A DNA stretch of 64,000 nt from Fimbriimonadales bacterium (GTDB taxonomy: Bacteria; Armatimonadota; Fimbriimonadia; Fimbriimonadales; ATM1). Shown piece after piece: positions 19,913 to 30,099 of this stretch (position 1 is the stretch's first letter; every line of letters starts with the position of its first letter). The stretch covers positions 32,001 to 96,000 of the forward strand of contig JBGTLG010000006.1 in assembly GCA_041744215.1 (NCBI GenBank), given 5' to 3'. The notes below the pieces were generated by a model that was not told the origin of the DNA, searched no databases, and was given only the letters and a program-made list of their open reading frames with translations. Position numbers and translations under genes: made by a program.

Positions 19913-19958
19913 CTCTCAATTATGGTCGCACCTTGCCATCTGCTAATATTGGGGGGCG

Positions 19959-20882
19959 ATGTTGCCGCGTTCGCTTCGCTCGCTTCTTTCCGGGATAATC
20001 GACTATGCCGGGATGTACCCTCCGGCCCAGCTGCCATTTGAAGAGGCGCTGAAGAATTACGTCGAGTATGACTCCCGCCCGTATAGCTGGATGGTGGGTC
20101 AATTTGTTTGTCCGATCACCAAGCTCTCTGAACTGCGAGCGCTGGATGCGCTGTATTCACACTGGAGCGATCTTCCGCTTGCACTGATTGGGAGTCCTGC
20201 AACGACCTTGAGTGAGTTATCGTCGAACTGTCAATCAGACTTTGACGAGTTCACAAAATTTACCGAAAGCAATTGGAGACCCATTTCCTACGAGTTCCGC
20301 ATCGGGCCGGAGCTGGCCCGCGAAAAGGACCTCGCATCCGCCGTTGAAGCCGTCGTTCACGCAAGCCCAGCGGATGTAGTTTTTTGCGAGATTCCCATCC
20401 TCGAATTGACCGACGACACGACCGCAGGTGCAATTGATGCGATCGCCGCGGTTGAAGGCTGCGCGACAAAGCTTCGCCTCGGCGGAGCTTCCGCTGATGC
20501 AATACCAAGTACGGAATTGTTGGCCTTCGCTATTGAGCGGCTTGCCTGGAGCGAAACGACGGTAAAGTTCACCGCAGGGCTACACCAACCCCTTTGCCAG
20601 GCGGACCCGGCTCTCGGTGCCCGAATGCATGGATTCCTAAATGTGTTCTGCGCGTCGGTGCTCGCGTGCGCGCATCGGCTCGAGCGTCAGACCATCGAGG
20701 CGATTCTAATGGAGTCGGATCCAGCACAGTTTGTTTTCGATGACGCTGGCCTTCGCGTAGGGAGCATTTCGGCGACTATGTCACAGATCGAAACGGGAAG
20801 GACCTTCGCGGTCGGCTTTGGATCATGCTCCGTCCTCGAGCCGGTCGAAGGCCTCGTCGCACTCGGATACACACTCGAATAA
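19959..20882 (+). CDS. Conserved-looking hypothetical protein upstream of fahA
   Basis: IDYAGMYPPA, KLRLGG, KFTAGLH, HGFLNV, GFGSCS..EP motifs. Confidence 0.75.
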   Translation: MLPRSLRSLLSGIIDYAGMYPPAQLPFEEALKNYVEYDSRPYSWMVGQFVCPITKLSELRALDALYSHWSDLPLALIGSPATTLSELSSNCQSDFDEFTKFTESNWRPISYEFRIGPELAREKDLASAVEAVVHASPADVVFCEIPILELTDDTTAGAIDAIAAVEGCATKLRLGGASADAIPSTELLAFAIERLAWSETTVKFTAGLHQPLCQADPALGARMHGFLNVFCASVLACAHRLERQTIEAILMESDPAQFVFDDAGLRVGSISATMSQIETGRTFAVGFGSCSVLEPVEGLVALGYTLE

Positions 20883-20887
20883 CAGAT

Positions 20888-22177
20888 ATGGCTATCGATC
20901 CGACCACTAATCCAAAGGCCCGATCATGGATCCATGTTGATCCAGAGTCGCACTTTCCAATACAAAACATGCCTTACGGCATCTTCTCTCGAAAGCACGA
21001 AAGCAAGCGCGCTTGCATCGCGATTGGTGACCATGTGCTGGATCTCGCGATTCTTTACGATGAAGGACTTTTATCGCAAGGACAGATTCCGTTCAACGTT
21101 TTTGCGCTCGACAGGCTGAATGAGTTCATGGCGTGCGGGAGGTCGGCGTGGACGTCGACTCGCAAACGGCTGTTTCAACTTCTGGAGGAGAAAACTCCAG
21201 ACTTGCGCGATAACGTGATGGTGCAGCGACGTGCGTTGATTCCGATGGCCGATGTGCAGATGCACCTACCCGTGTTTATAGGTGACTACGTCGATTTCTA
21301 TTCGTCAGAACAGCACGCGACGAACGTCGGCAGCATGTTTCGCCCGGACAACCCGCTCATGCCCAATTGGAAGCATCTTCCAGTCGGCTATAACGGCCGA
21401 GCGTCGAGCATAGTGCTGTCCGGCGCGGCGATTCGAAGACCGTGCGGACAGATTCTCCCGCCGAACAGCGAGCAGCCGATCCAGTCGGCCTCCAACGCGC
21501 TCGACTTCGAACTCGAAGTCGGCTTCTACACCGGCAAGTCAACCGAGCTTGGAAGCAGGGTGCCGACGAGCGAGGCGGAAGACTACATCTTTGGAATCAC
21601 GCTTGTTAACGATTGGTCCGCGCGCGACATTCAGCGGTGGGAGTATCAACCTCTTGGGCCGTTCTTGTCGAAGTCGTTTGGAACGAGTGTTAGCCCTTGG
21701 GTTGTCACGCTAGATGCACTCGGGCCATGGCGAATCGCCGGACCCAAGCAGTCCCCCCCCGTTCTGCCGTATCTTAAGTATCGTGGCAAGTGGCGCTTTG
21801 ATATCCAACTTGAGGTGTGGCTGCAAACACAGAAAATGACGTCGCCACAGAGCATCTGCAAAACAACCTTCAAGAACATGTATTGGAACATGGCTCAGCA
21901 GCTCGCACACCAATCCGTCAACGGAACCAACATACAGGTGGGCGATTTGTATGCAAGTGGCACTGTCTCAGGCGATACTCCGGACAGCTACGGGTCTATG
22001 CTTGAGCTTGCTTGGCGCGGGGAGAAGCCGATCGAGATGAGCGAGACGGGAGAAGCTCGGTCTTTCCTGGAGGACGGGGACGTGGTGGCGATGACGGGTT
22101 GGTGCCAAGGGGAGGGCTACCGGGTCGGCTTCGGCGAATGCGTAGGGCAAATCCTGCCTGCCGAAGAAATCGCGTAA
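20888..22177 (+). CDS. fahA: Fumarylacetoacetase
   Basis: [42 protein letters not shown]. Confidence 0.95.
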   Translation: MAIDPTTNPKARSWIHVDPESHFPIQNMPYGIFSRKHESKRACIAIGDHVLDLAILYDEGLLSQGQIPFNVFALDRLNEFMACGRSAWTSTRKRLFQLLEEKTPDLRDNVMVQRRALIPMADVQMHLPVFIGDYVDFYSSEQHATNVGSMFRPDNPLMPNWKHLPVGYNGRASSIVLSGAAIRRPCGQILPPNSEQPIQSASNALDFELEVGFYTGKSTELGSRVPTSEAEDYIFGITLVNDWSARDIQRWEYQPLGPFLSKSFGTSVSPWVVTLDALGPWRIAGPKQSPPVLPYLKYRGKWRFDIQLEVWLQTQKMTSPQSICKTTFKNMYWNMAQQLAHQSVNGTNIQVGDLYASGTVSGDTPDSYGSMLELAWRGEKPIEMSETGEARSFLEDGDVVAMTGWCQGEGYRVGFGECVGQILPAEEIA

Positions 22178-22188
22178 ACTCGCCGTCC

Positions 22189-23445
22189 ATGTCCAACGCG
22201 TTCGAGATCGCCCAGTTGCAGCTTGACGAGGCAGCAAAGAAGCTTAGCTTAGATGCCGACCTGCACCAACTCCTCCGAGAACCGATGGCCGAGCATTGGG
22301 TCCGCATCCCAATCAGGATGGATTCTGGCGCAGTCAAGGTCTTCAGCGGTTTTCGCGTCCAATACAACTGGTCGCGCGGACCTTGCAAGGGCGGCATTCG
22401 CTTCCACCCTGAGGAAACGGTCGACACTGTGCGCGCACTCGCTGCGTGGATGACCTGGAAGACGGCGGTCGTCGATATACCTCTTGGGGGAGGCAAGGGA
22501 GGCGTAATCTGCAATCCGAAAGAGATGTCAGAGGGAGAATTGGAGCGGCTGAGCCGGGGATACATTCGCGCGATTGCTAGAAACATTGGACCAGAAGTCG
22601 ACGTGCCGGCACCGGATGTCTACACAACCCCTCAGATCATGGCGTGGATGATGGACGAGTACGAAGTCATCGCAGAAAGGCATGCCCCAGGAGTCATTAC
22701 TGGAAAGCCCGTCAATATCGGTGGATCGTTTGGCAGAGGTGACGCGACCGCGCGAGGAGGAATGATGTGTTTGCGCGAGGCTGCCGAGGCTTTGGGCGTG
22801 AACTTAAAGGGTGCCACGGTTGCCATCCAGGGCTACGGAAATGCGGGAGCGCATGCGCACCAACTTTGCAATGAGATGTTCGGTTGCACAGTCGTTGCAG
22901 TTAGCGATTCAAAGGGAGGCATATTCTTCCCGCAGGGACTGGAATGCCACCATGTGATTGAATTCAAGGAACGCAATGGGTCTGTGGTTGGCTACCCCGG
23001 ATCAGAAGCTGTGACCAATAAGGAACTCCTTGAATTAGAAGTGGACGTGCTGATTCCGTCTGCGTTGGAAGGCGTGATCACGCGCGATAACGCGGCGAAT
23101 GTCAAAGCAAAGATTGTCGCAGAGCTCGCAAACGGACCCACGACACCCGAAGCAGACGAGATACTTCACAAGAATGGGGTGTTCGTCATTCCAGACTTCC
23201 TATGCAATGCGGGCGGCGTTACTGTTTCGTACTTCGAACAGGTTCAAAACGCAGCCAATGATCGATGGAAGGAGGCAGAAGTCCATCACCGACTCGACGA
23301 GATAATGACTCGTGCGTTTCACGCGGTCTACCTCCGAAGAACGAGAGAAGATGTTCACACTCGGCTCGCAGCATACTTAGTCGCGGTCGAAAGAGTGGCC
23401 GATGCTTGCGTGACCCGAGGGTGGGCAGGATCAAGAAGCAAGTAG
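22189..23445 (+). CDS. gdhA: Glu/Leu/Phe/Val dehydrogenase (glutamate dehydrogenase)
   Basis: [36 protein letters not shown] 22189. Confidence 0.92.
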   Translation: MSNAFEIAQLQLDEAAKKLSLDADLHQLLREPMAEHWVRIPIRMDSGAVKVFSGFRVQYNWSRGPCKGGIRFHPEETVDTVRALAAWMTWKTAVVDIPLGGGKGGVICNPKEMSEGELERLSRGYIRAIARNIGPEVDVPAPDVYTTPQIMAWMMDEYEVIAERHAPGVITGKPVNIGGSFGRGDATARGGMMCLREAAEALGVNLKGATVAIQGYGNAGAHAHQLCNEMFGCTVVAVSDSKGGIFFPQGLECHHVIEFKERNGSVVGYPGSEAVTNKELLELEVDVLIPSALEGVITRDNAANVKAKIVAELANGPTTPEADEILHKNGVFVIPDFLCNAGGVTVSYFEQVQNAANDRWKEAEVHHRLDEIMTRAFHAVYLRRTREDVHTRLAAYLVAVERVADACVTRGWAGSRSK

Positions 23446-24105
23446 CCGAGAGTTCCACTCAGAAAGGACGCGCGCGATAACTTCGTCAGCTGACATGGCA
23501 TCCGTGTCGATTGTGACGGCGTCGTCTGCGACTTTCAGAGGGCTATCAGCGCGAGTGGTATCTCGTTCATCACGGAGCGCGATCTGTTGCCTGATGTCGT
23601 CAATCGGTGTCGTGTCGCCTTTTGCCTGGAGTTCTTTCCACCTGCGGCGGGATCGCTCCTCAACACTTGCAGTCATGTAGATCTTTAACCTCGCGTCTGG
23701 ACACACCACTGTGGTTGTGTCCCGCCCCTCTAAAACGATTCGACCTTGATCGCACAGCAGCTTCTGTCGCTTGACGAGCTCCTTCCGTACGTGCGAATTG
23801 GCAGAAAGCGCTGAGGCAAGCTCGCCAATCTCCATTGTCCGGATCAGGCTTGTCACATCCTCTCCATCGAGCAATACGGTTTGCGGTTCGCCAGGCTGGA
23901 ATTCGATCCGAGCATCAGTTGCGAGCGCTGCAGCGGCGTCTCCGTCCTCCGGCCCGAGGCCCCTGCGTGTCGCAAGCAGCGCAATGCAGCGGTACATCGC
24001 TCCAGTATCGAGGTAAGTAAAACCAAGCTCTTTCGCCACGGCTTTGGCGACCGTGCTCTTTCCGGCACCCGCAGGGCCGTCGATAGCGACTACATCTCTA
24101 AGCAT
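23431..24105 (-). CDS. cmk: Cytidylate kinase
   Basis: [31 protein letters not shown]. Confidence 0.95.
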   Translation of the reverse strand: MLRDVVAIDGPAGAGKSTVAKAVAKELGFTYLDTGAMYRCIALLATRRGLGPEDGDAAAALATDARIEFQPGEPQTVLLDGEDVTSLIRTMEIGELASALSANSHVRKELVKRQKLLCDQGRIVLEGRDTTTVVCPDARLKIYMTASVEERSRRRWKELQAKGDTTPIDDIRQQIALRDERDTTRADSPLKVADDAVTIDTDAMSADEVIARVLSEWNSRLLAS

Positions 24106-25357
24106 GCGATAGCCGCGCGATTTCATCAATGAAGTCTGGGAACGACGTAGCGATAGCTTCCGCGCCGTGAATCTCTGTTTCACCGTCGGCAATCAATCCG
24201 GCGACCGCGAATGCCATGGCGATCCTATGGTCACCGTTCGCCTGTATCTTCGCGGAGTTCAGTTTTGTGGGTCCCGATATTGTCATTCCGTCCTCAAAAG
24301 TGTCTATGTTTGCACCCATTGCGCGCAGTCCTGCTGCGACCTGTTCGATCCGATCGCTTTCTTTAACCCGAAGTTCTTTGGCGTCTCGAAAAATGGATGT
24401 TCCTTCGCACTGCGTCGCAAAGACTGCGAGAATGGGAATCTCATCGATCAGCCTTGGAACGAGCGAACCCGCGATTGCAAACGCGCGGAACCGCTCAGGT
24501 AAGGGATCGATGAACAGATCTGCAACCGGCTCGCCTTGTTCAAGCTTGTGAGGGATTTCGCCGACGGGCACTCCTGCTGCGCGCAAGCAGTCCAGAACTC
24601 CTGACCGAGTGGGATTGATACCGACGTCCTTTACCGTTAGCGGACCGCCGAGCAAGGCTGCAGCAACGAGGAAGAACGCAGCAGAGGAGATATCACCAGG
24701 AACATTCATGTCGATCTGTTTCGGAAGCCCAGGTTCGACACGAACAGTCAGTCCGGCCTGATTGATTTGGCAACCTGCGGCTTTCAGCATCCTTTCGGTG
24801 TGGTCGCGGCTCAGCATCGGTTCGGTTACGCTCGTAGTCCCCTCCGCAAAGAGCCCGGCGAGAAGAACTGCAGATTTGACCTGTGCGCTGGCGATGGGAG
24901 AGAGATAGTCGATGCCGTGCAGGATTGCAGGATGGATGCAAATCGGCGCTGTTTCGCCTTCTATGTTCGCCCCCATGGATCGAAGCGGCTCGACAACACG
25001 TCGCATCGGTCGGCGCGTGAGAGTTTCGTCACCGACCAACTCCGCTTCAATTCCGACGCCTGCAAGCAGTCCGCATATGAGCCTCATCGTCGTTCCCGAG
25101 TTTCCGCACCAAAGCGGCGACGATGCGCTGCGAAACTGAGAGGGTCGTATCTGGACGCCCCATGTCGCATCATCGACAAGAACACCAAGCTCTCGCAAAA
25201 TTTGTAGCGTATCTTCGCAGTCTTGTCCGCGCAAAGGCGCACGAATGACACCACCCTCATCTGAAATCGACGCGAGTAAGTACGCGCGGTGCGTCAGGCT
25301 TTTATCGCTCGGAGGACGGACTTCGCCCCAAAAGCGCTTAGCAGGCGTGATCCTCAG
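24098..25357 (-). CDS. aroA: EPSP synthase; probable CTG start overlapping the tyrA stop
   Basis: PSDKSLTHRA, CGNSGTTMR, SAQVKSA, RDHTERML, RVKESDRI, DHRIAM; no ATG/GTG/TTG upstream of the DKS motif. Confidence 0.93.
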   Translation of the reverse strand: MRITPAKRFWGEVRPPSDKSLTHRAYLLASISDEGGVIRAPLRGQDCEDTLQILRELGVLVDDATWGVQIRPSQFRSASSPLWCGNSGTTMRLICGLLAGVGIEAELVGDETLTRRPMRRVVEPLRSMGANIEGETAPICIHPAILHGIDYLSPIASAQVKSAVLLAGLFAEGTTSVTEPMLSRDHTERMLKAAGCQINQAGLTVRVEPGLPKQIDMNVPGDISSAAFFLVAAALLGGPLTVKDVGINPTRSGVLDCLRAAGVPVGEIPHKLEQGEPVADLFIDPLPERFRAFAIAGSLVPRLIDEIPILAVFATQCEGTSIFRDAKELRVKESDRIEQVAAGLRAMGANIDTFEDGMTISGPTKLNSAKIQANGDHRIAMAFAVAGLIADGETEIHGAEAIATSFPDFIDEIARLSHA

Positions 25358-26208
25358 CGTTCGCGGGCGGCCTTCGCCTTCCGAGACGCCTCGAAGAAAT
25401 CCAGTAGTTCCTCGTATTGTTCAGCCTCCACAGTGCCTCTCAACTTAGTCAAGTGGTAGATCAGGTCGTCCAGCGCGGAAACGACTTCGTCGCGATTGTT
25501 CAAGAATACGTGAGTCATCGTATCCGATTCAGCTCCCGCGTATTCTGTGAGGACGTGCCACGCTCTCCCTGCCAACTCAGAATGAACCAAGTTTTGGCCC
25601 ATTTGGGCGAGTATCCCCGCGATCGCTCGCGGCAAGTGATCCATGACCCCTGCGTGGCGGTCATGCTCTTCCGGACTCAAGATCACGGGCTTCGCGCCGA
25701 GTGTCCTTGTCAGCGCTTCAATCGCTTGCAGCGCTCCCTTGTCCGTGCGCTCGGTTGGGGTGAGGACCCAAGGCACGCCGTCAAAAAGATCCGCACGGGC
25801 GGATTCGATCCCCTCGCCATCTTCGACAATAAACGGGTGCCCGCCGACGAAGCGCGGCTTGAATCTCAATGGATAGGTCAGCGTCCAGTTGACGACCTGC
25901 GTTTTGACACTTCCTGTGTCGGTGACGATGGTGTTTACCTTGCAAAACACATCAGCCTCAACGAGGCAAGGGACGACTTGGTTGGGCGGTACTGCAAGAA
26001 TCAGAATGTCAGCATCCCCAAGATGATTTAGGGTCTCAAACGTTTGGTCAACGCACCCGATGTCGCTCGCCACTTTACGAGCGTCCCCCGATTGGTCAAA
26101 TCCGATGATGCGTTTGGCAGCCGCGATCTCGCGAAGGCGTAGGCCAATTGATCCTCCGATCGGGCCCAACCCGACGATTCCGACGGTTCCGTAGTTGACT
26201 CTTCGCAT
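25354..26208 (-). CDS. tyrA: Prephenate/arogenate dehydrogenase
   Basis: GLGPIGGS, TDTGSVK, FVGGHP, EEHD...HLP. Confidence 0.88.
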   Translation of the reverse strand: MRRVNYGTVGIVGLGPIGGSIGLRLREIAAAKRIIGFDQSGDARKVASDIGCVDQTFETLNHLGDADILILAVPPNQVVPCLVEADVFCKVNTIVTDTGSVKTQVVNWTLTYPLRFKPRFVGGHPFIVEDGEGIESARADLFDGVPWVLTPTERTDKGALQAIEALTRTLGAKPVILSPEEHDRHAGVMDHLPRAIAGILAQMGQNLVHSELAGRAWHVLTEYAGAESDTMTHVFLNNRDEVVSALDDLIYHLTKLRGTVEAEQYEELLDFFEASRKAKAARER

Positions 26209-26295
26209 CGTACAGGAATCTGCCTTCGCCGCAGCGGCGATTCTCTATACTGACGCTCTAAAACGCCGTCCGGCGTCGGAAGTGAGAGAAATCGG

Positions 26296-26643
26296 CTATG
26301 AGATTACGCCGTTAGGCTTGGCTTTGCTCCGCACATAATCCGCGCTCCGCAGCAGCCACGCTCGGAAGGAGTCTTGGTCATCGAGGACTGCCTGCGGCAT
26401 AACAATGTACTCAGGCTTCTCAACATCGTCGGGAATCGTCCGAAACGTGCGAGCTCCGTCGATCAGAAGCGCTTCTTGCCGATCTTCGGGAGAGAGCTTC
26501 AGACTCACGATATCGTCCAGCAAAATTGCGAACATCTTCTCGCCCGTGTAGACGCCCATCCCGCCAAACATCTTCCTGGCGCGAGCGTCAAGGCCCTCCG
26601 AGGCTCTCATTACTTGTTCGTATCGATCCGGCCTGTATGCCAA
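26296..26643 (-). CDS. TfoX/Sxy N-terminal domain protein
   Basis: RKMFGGMGVY...MFAI motif. Confidence 0.8.
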   Translation of the reverse strand: MAYRPDRYEQVMRASEGLDARARKMFGGMGVYTGEKMFAILLDDIVSLKLSPEDRQEALLIDGARTFRTIPDDVEKPEYIVMPQAVLDDQDSFRAWLLRSADYVRSKAKPNGVIS

Positions 26644-26840
26644 TTGAGTCCCCTTTGTTACGGCTTGGGAATCCTAGCCCTTAAGTCTCGATCGCTCGAC
26701 CGAGCCTCCAAGGCTGCGGCTTGATTCGCTTGCGTAAACAATCCCGGCATGGAACTGCCGATGGTCTATTTTACCCAACCCCGTCCTTTGGCGCAGGGGT
26801 CGGGGGCAAAAATGGCCGAAGGTATAATTCGCCTCCCATC

Positions 26841-26927
26841 GCGCGGATGGTGGAATTGGTAGACACGCATGCTTGAGGTGCATGTGCCCTAACGGGCGTG
26901 GAGGTTCGAGTCCTCTTCCGCGCACCA
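26841..26927 (+). tRNA. tRNA-Leu (anticodon GAG)
   Basis: GCGCGGA acceptor, CATGC-TTGAGGT-GCATG anticodon arm, long variable arm, GGTTCGAGTCC, CCA; TATAAT at 26823-26828. Confidence 0.95.
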
Positions 26928-26957
26928 ATTCCGACGTAAGCAGGGAGGTGCGCTCAA

Positions 26958-27656
26958 ATGAGAGTCACGCGTTATCTGTTATCAACAGGCTTTGCGCTCA
27001 CGGTGTTTGGATGTGGCCCGAGCGAAGTTACCGTCTTGCACGATGCGCCACCGGAGGTTCCGGAGGGATGGCACGTCCACGTAGGCGACGGCTTTTACTT
27101 CTTCGCGACAGACAATTGGATGCTTCCTGCGGCAGTCAGCGACTTTGATGACCCGGACGCACTAAAGAACCTGAGCAATCCCGCTGTGTCGCACGGGATG
27201 GCGCGTCCGGCCGAGTCCAGCCGCGAAGGCGCCTCGGTCTTCATCGTCGATACCAGCTCTCGGCAAACGATCGGAGAGGCGCGGACGCAACTTGTTGTGA
27301 AGAAGGAGCGAGGCGGAAAGACGAACCTCGGCATCGAGGTTGAGGCGCTCAGGAAGAAGGTGCCGTCCATCGTTTCAGAATCGCCCCTCGAACTGCCCGT
27401 CGGCCCAGCACACGAGTTCGTGACGCTTCGCAAGACGATCGGCGGTGACGAAATCCATGAAATCTGGATCGTTCTCGTCGATGAGCGCGACGTTTACACC
27501 TTCCGGTTCACGGCGACTGGGACCAATGTGCCGCTCATGCAGATCGCAAGACCCGCGCTGCAGACCTTCCGCCGTGGCACGCCCCCGCCCGGCGCGCTAC
27601 CAGCGCAAGTCGAAAACCCGTTCCAGGATTTGAGCGACATGTTCGGCACAGACTAG
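26958..27656 (+). CDS. Hypothetical lipoprotein (PsbP/DcrB-like fold possible)
   Basis: GGAGG RBS, VFGC lipobox. Confidence 0.7.
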   Translation: MRVTRYLLSTGFALTVFGCGPSEVTVLHDAPPEVPEGWHVHVGDGFYFFATDNWMLPAAVSDFDDPDALKNLSNPAVSHGMARPAESSREGASVFIVDTSSRQTIGEARTQLVVKKERGGKTNLGIEVEALRKKVPSIVSESPLELPVGPAHEFVTLRKTIGGDEIHEIWIVLVDERDVYTFRFTATGTNVPLMQIARPALQTFRRGTPPPGALPAQVENPFQDLSDMFGTD

Positions 27657-27701
27657 CCGCGCAGGTAATCGACCCGCCTCCGGCGAAGCATAATCGCACC
27701 G

Positions 27702-29663
27702 ATGGCGGACGTCCTGCAAGAGGCTCCTGCCGAGCCAATCCCTGAAAGGCCGAAGGCTGTGCGCTTAAGCGCCATCCTGTGGGGGCTCGCGCTTTGCCTG
27801 CCCGTCTGCTATTGGAACGCCTGGCAACCCACGGGCACCATCTACTCGCTGCTGTTCAGCACGATGGCCGCGCTAATCGTCCTGGTTGCCGCCAACGCAG
27901 TTCTTCATCGGGTCGCGCCACGGCTCGCCTTCACCACGGCGGACATGGTCGTCGTGTTCGCGATCGTCTCCGTTGCATCGGCCATCAGCGGCGAATGGAC
28001 GTTCCTCAACATGCAGTACGTCCACACGTTCGCCGGATACTCGCACCTGGAGCCCCTGTACGAGCAGCAGTTCCTCAAGGCTCTCCCCGAGAGCATGTAC
28101 TTCCACGACTCCAGCCAGCTTGCCGACTACCTCGCAGGCGGGAACGACCGCCTCCACTTCCTCTCCCGTCTCGACATCTGGGCGCCGAAGATCGCGATGT
28201 GGACGCTTTTGTACGGAATGATCACCGTCGCGCTCCTGTGTGTCAACAGCCTCATGCGCGACGCGTGGCTGCGCAAGGAGAGGCTTAGCTACCCGATCAT
28301 CCAACTCCCCGTCGCGATGATGGAGAACGCGGGGCGCGGGCCGCTCTGGAAAAGCAAGCCGATGTGGATGGCATTCGGCGTCATGTTTGCCATCGACATG
28401 CTCAACGGGTTCGCCTACCTCTACCCGAACCTTCCAAGCGTTCCCGTCAAACAGATCTTCAACTTCGACACGATCTTCACCGACCTCCCCTGGAGGGCGA
28501 TGGGCAGCACCCCCGTCGCGATCTATCCCTTCCTCGCCGCGATGGCTCTCCTCGTTCCCAGTGACCTCCTCTTCTCCGTCATCTTCTTCTTCATCGTCAG
28601 GAAACTCACGCTGGTCGTCTTCGCGCTCTACGGACTCGAAGGCGGAACCTTCGCGGGCGGATTCCTGAGGCCCGAAGCCCCATACTTCACCGAACAGACT
28701 TGGGGCGCGATCATCGGGCTGTTCGCCACCGCGATGTGGGTCGCACGCTCGCACCTGCGCCAGGTATGGGCAGACATCAAGTCGGGAGCGCGAGAATCGG
28801 ATGGAGGCATTCCGCACCGCTGGGCGTTCAGCCTGCTCGTCGTCTGCTTCGCCGGACTCCTATGGTTCGTCTCGCTCGGCGAACTTCCGATCCTCGTCAT
28901 GATCCCGTACTTCGCCGCGTTCATCATGTTCAGCATTGTCATAACGCGGATGCGAGCACAACTCGGCCCACCCACCCACGAATTCGCGTTCATGGGGCCG
29001 AACCAGCTCCTCATGAACTTCTACGGGACGCGAAACCTCACGCCCAAAAACGCGGTCTTCCTCGGCACGCCGCTCCTCGGCATCAACCGACTCTCCCGCT
29101 CCCACTGCATGCCCGTTCAGCTCGAAGCGATGAAGATGGCGGACGGCCAGCGTGTCCACCAAGGCGCGGTTTTCGGGCTGATTGCGCTCGGCCTTGTCGT
29201 CGGCATTTTCGTCGGGAGCATGTTCTTCGTCCAGGCGAGTTACGTCAAGGGCGCGTCGCCGGGCTGGGGGGACCCGGTCTCCGTTTTCCGGGGGGTGACC
29301 GACAAACCGACTGGCCCGAACGTCATCGGCATGATGATGGTGTTCTTCGGCTTCGCCGTCGTCACGGTTCTCGATGTCGTCCGCTTCAACTTCCCTGCCT
29401 TCAAGCTCCACCCGGTCGGATACGCGCTCAGCATGAACTTCGGCGTGGACTACTACTGGTTCGGGCTCGTGATCGCCTTGGCCGTGAAGACGCTGGTCCA
29501 GCGCTACTACGGGCTGCGCGGCTACCGCCAACTCCGAAACGTGGCCTTCGGCGTGATGATCGCCGAGTACGGCGCGGAGTTGATTTGGGCGGCTTACGCT
29601 CTCGCCACCCGGCAAAGCACCTACACCATCGGCTTCAACGAGCGGGGCCTGGGAACCCAATGA
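27702..29663 (+). CDS. Large polytopic membrane protein (DUF6785/DUF6784-like putative peptide transporter)
   Basis: Many TM segments; W...ERLSYPIIQLP, LHPVGY and RYYGLRGYRQ segments. Confidence 0.7.
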   Translation: MADVLQEAPAEPIPERPKAVRLSAILWGLALCLPVCYWNAWQPTGTIYSLLFSTMAALIVLVAANAVLHRVAPRLAFTTADMVVVFAIVSVASAISGEWTFLNMQYVHTFAGYSHLEPLYEQQFLKALPESMYFHDSSQLADYLAGGNDRLHFLSRLDIWAPKIAMWTLLYGMITVALLCVNSLMRDAWLRKERLSYPIIQLPVAMMENAGRGPLWKSKPMWMAFGVMFAIDMLNGFAYLYPNLPSVPVKQIFNFDTIFTDLPWRAMGSTPVAIYPFLAAMALLVPSDLLFSVIFFFIVRKLTLVVFALYGLEGGTFAGGFLRPEAPYFTEQTWGAIIGLFATAMWVARSHLRQVWADIKSGARESDGGIPHRWAFSLLVVCFAGLLWFVSLGELPILVMIPYFAAFIMFSIVITRMRAQLGPPTHEFAFMGPNQLLMNFYGTRNLTPKNAVFLGTPLLGINRLSRSHCMPVQLEAMKMADGQRVHQGAVFGLIALGLVVGIFVGSMFFVQASYVKGASPGWGDPVSVFRGVTDKPTGPNVIGMMMVFFGFAVVTVLDVVRFNFPAFKLHPVGYALSMNFGVDYYWFGLVIALAVKTLVQRYYGLRGYRQLRNVAFGVMIAEYGAELIWAAYALATRQSTYTIGFNERGLGTQ

Positions 29664-30043
29664 TCCAAGCCGCGATGCCCGCTGCCGCGCTCCGAGCGGC
29701 CCGCGCGCGCATCCACGGGGCAAAACCACGCGTTGCAGCGGCTGCATGGCGTCATCACGCTCCGTCATTGCGTCATCACGCTCCGTCATTGCATCATCGC
29801 GCTCCGTCATTGCATCATCGAGCTCCTTCATTGCATCATCGAGCTCCTTCATTACATCATCGAGCTCGGTCATTACATCATCGAGCTCCGTCGTTACATC
29901 ATCACGGAGCTCAAACACGTGATTCCGGGGCTCATCCCGTTAACCACCCTCGGCCCTACTCGCTTCGCTCTCGCCGTTCCCACATAGGCGCGCTGGATCG
30001 CGGCGCGGCCAGGGCGTCAGCGGGGACTGGGGGAAGCCGATAG
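29660..30043 (+). CDS. Possible His-rich repeat peptide (HHRAPSL)n, 127 aa
   Basis: ATG overlaps the upstream stop (ATGA); frame stays open through the repeat; may be non-coding. Confidence 0.25.
   Translation: MIQAAMPAAALRAARARIHGAKPRVAAAAWRHHAPSLRHHAPSLHHRAPSLHHRAPSLHHRAPSLHHRARSLHHRAPSLHHHGAQTRDSGAHPVNHPRPYSLRSRRSHIGALDRGAARASAGTGGSR
29745..29904. repeat. 21-bp tandem repeat, about 7.5 copies, consensus CATTRCRTCATCRMGCTCCGT
   Basis: Units start at 29745, 29766, 29787, 29808, 29829, 29850, 29871, 29892 and drift stepwise in sequence. Confidence 0.95.
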
Positions 30044-30099
30044 AGCCGCCGATCCTCCGCCGACCACAGGGGAGGAGGCTGCCGTTCGCGTGGATCGCG

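Noticed and set aside
26674-26928. 84-aa minus-strand ORF
   Set aside because: Translation of the antisense of tRNA-Leu.
29745-29904. Possible CRISPR array
   Set aside because: Contiguous 21-bp units with no unique spacers, and no cas genes recognised in the window.
28860-29918. 352-aa minus-strand ORF with acidic heptad repeats
   Set aside because: Mostly antisense to the well-supported membrane protein gene; long shadow ORFs are expected with strongly GC-biased codons.
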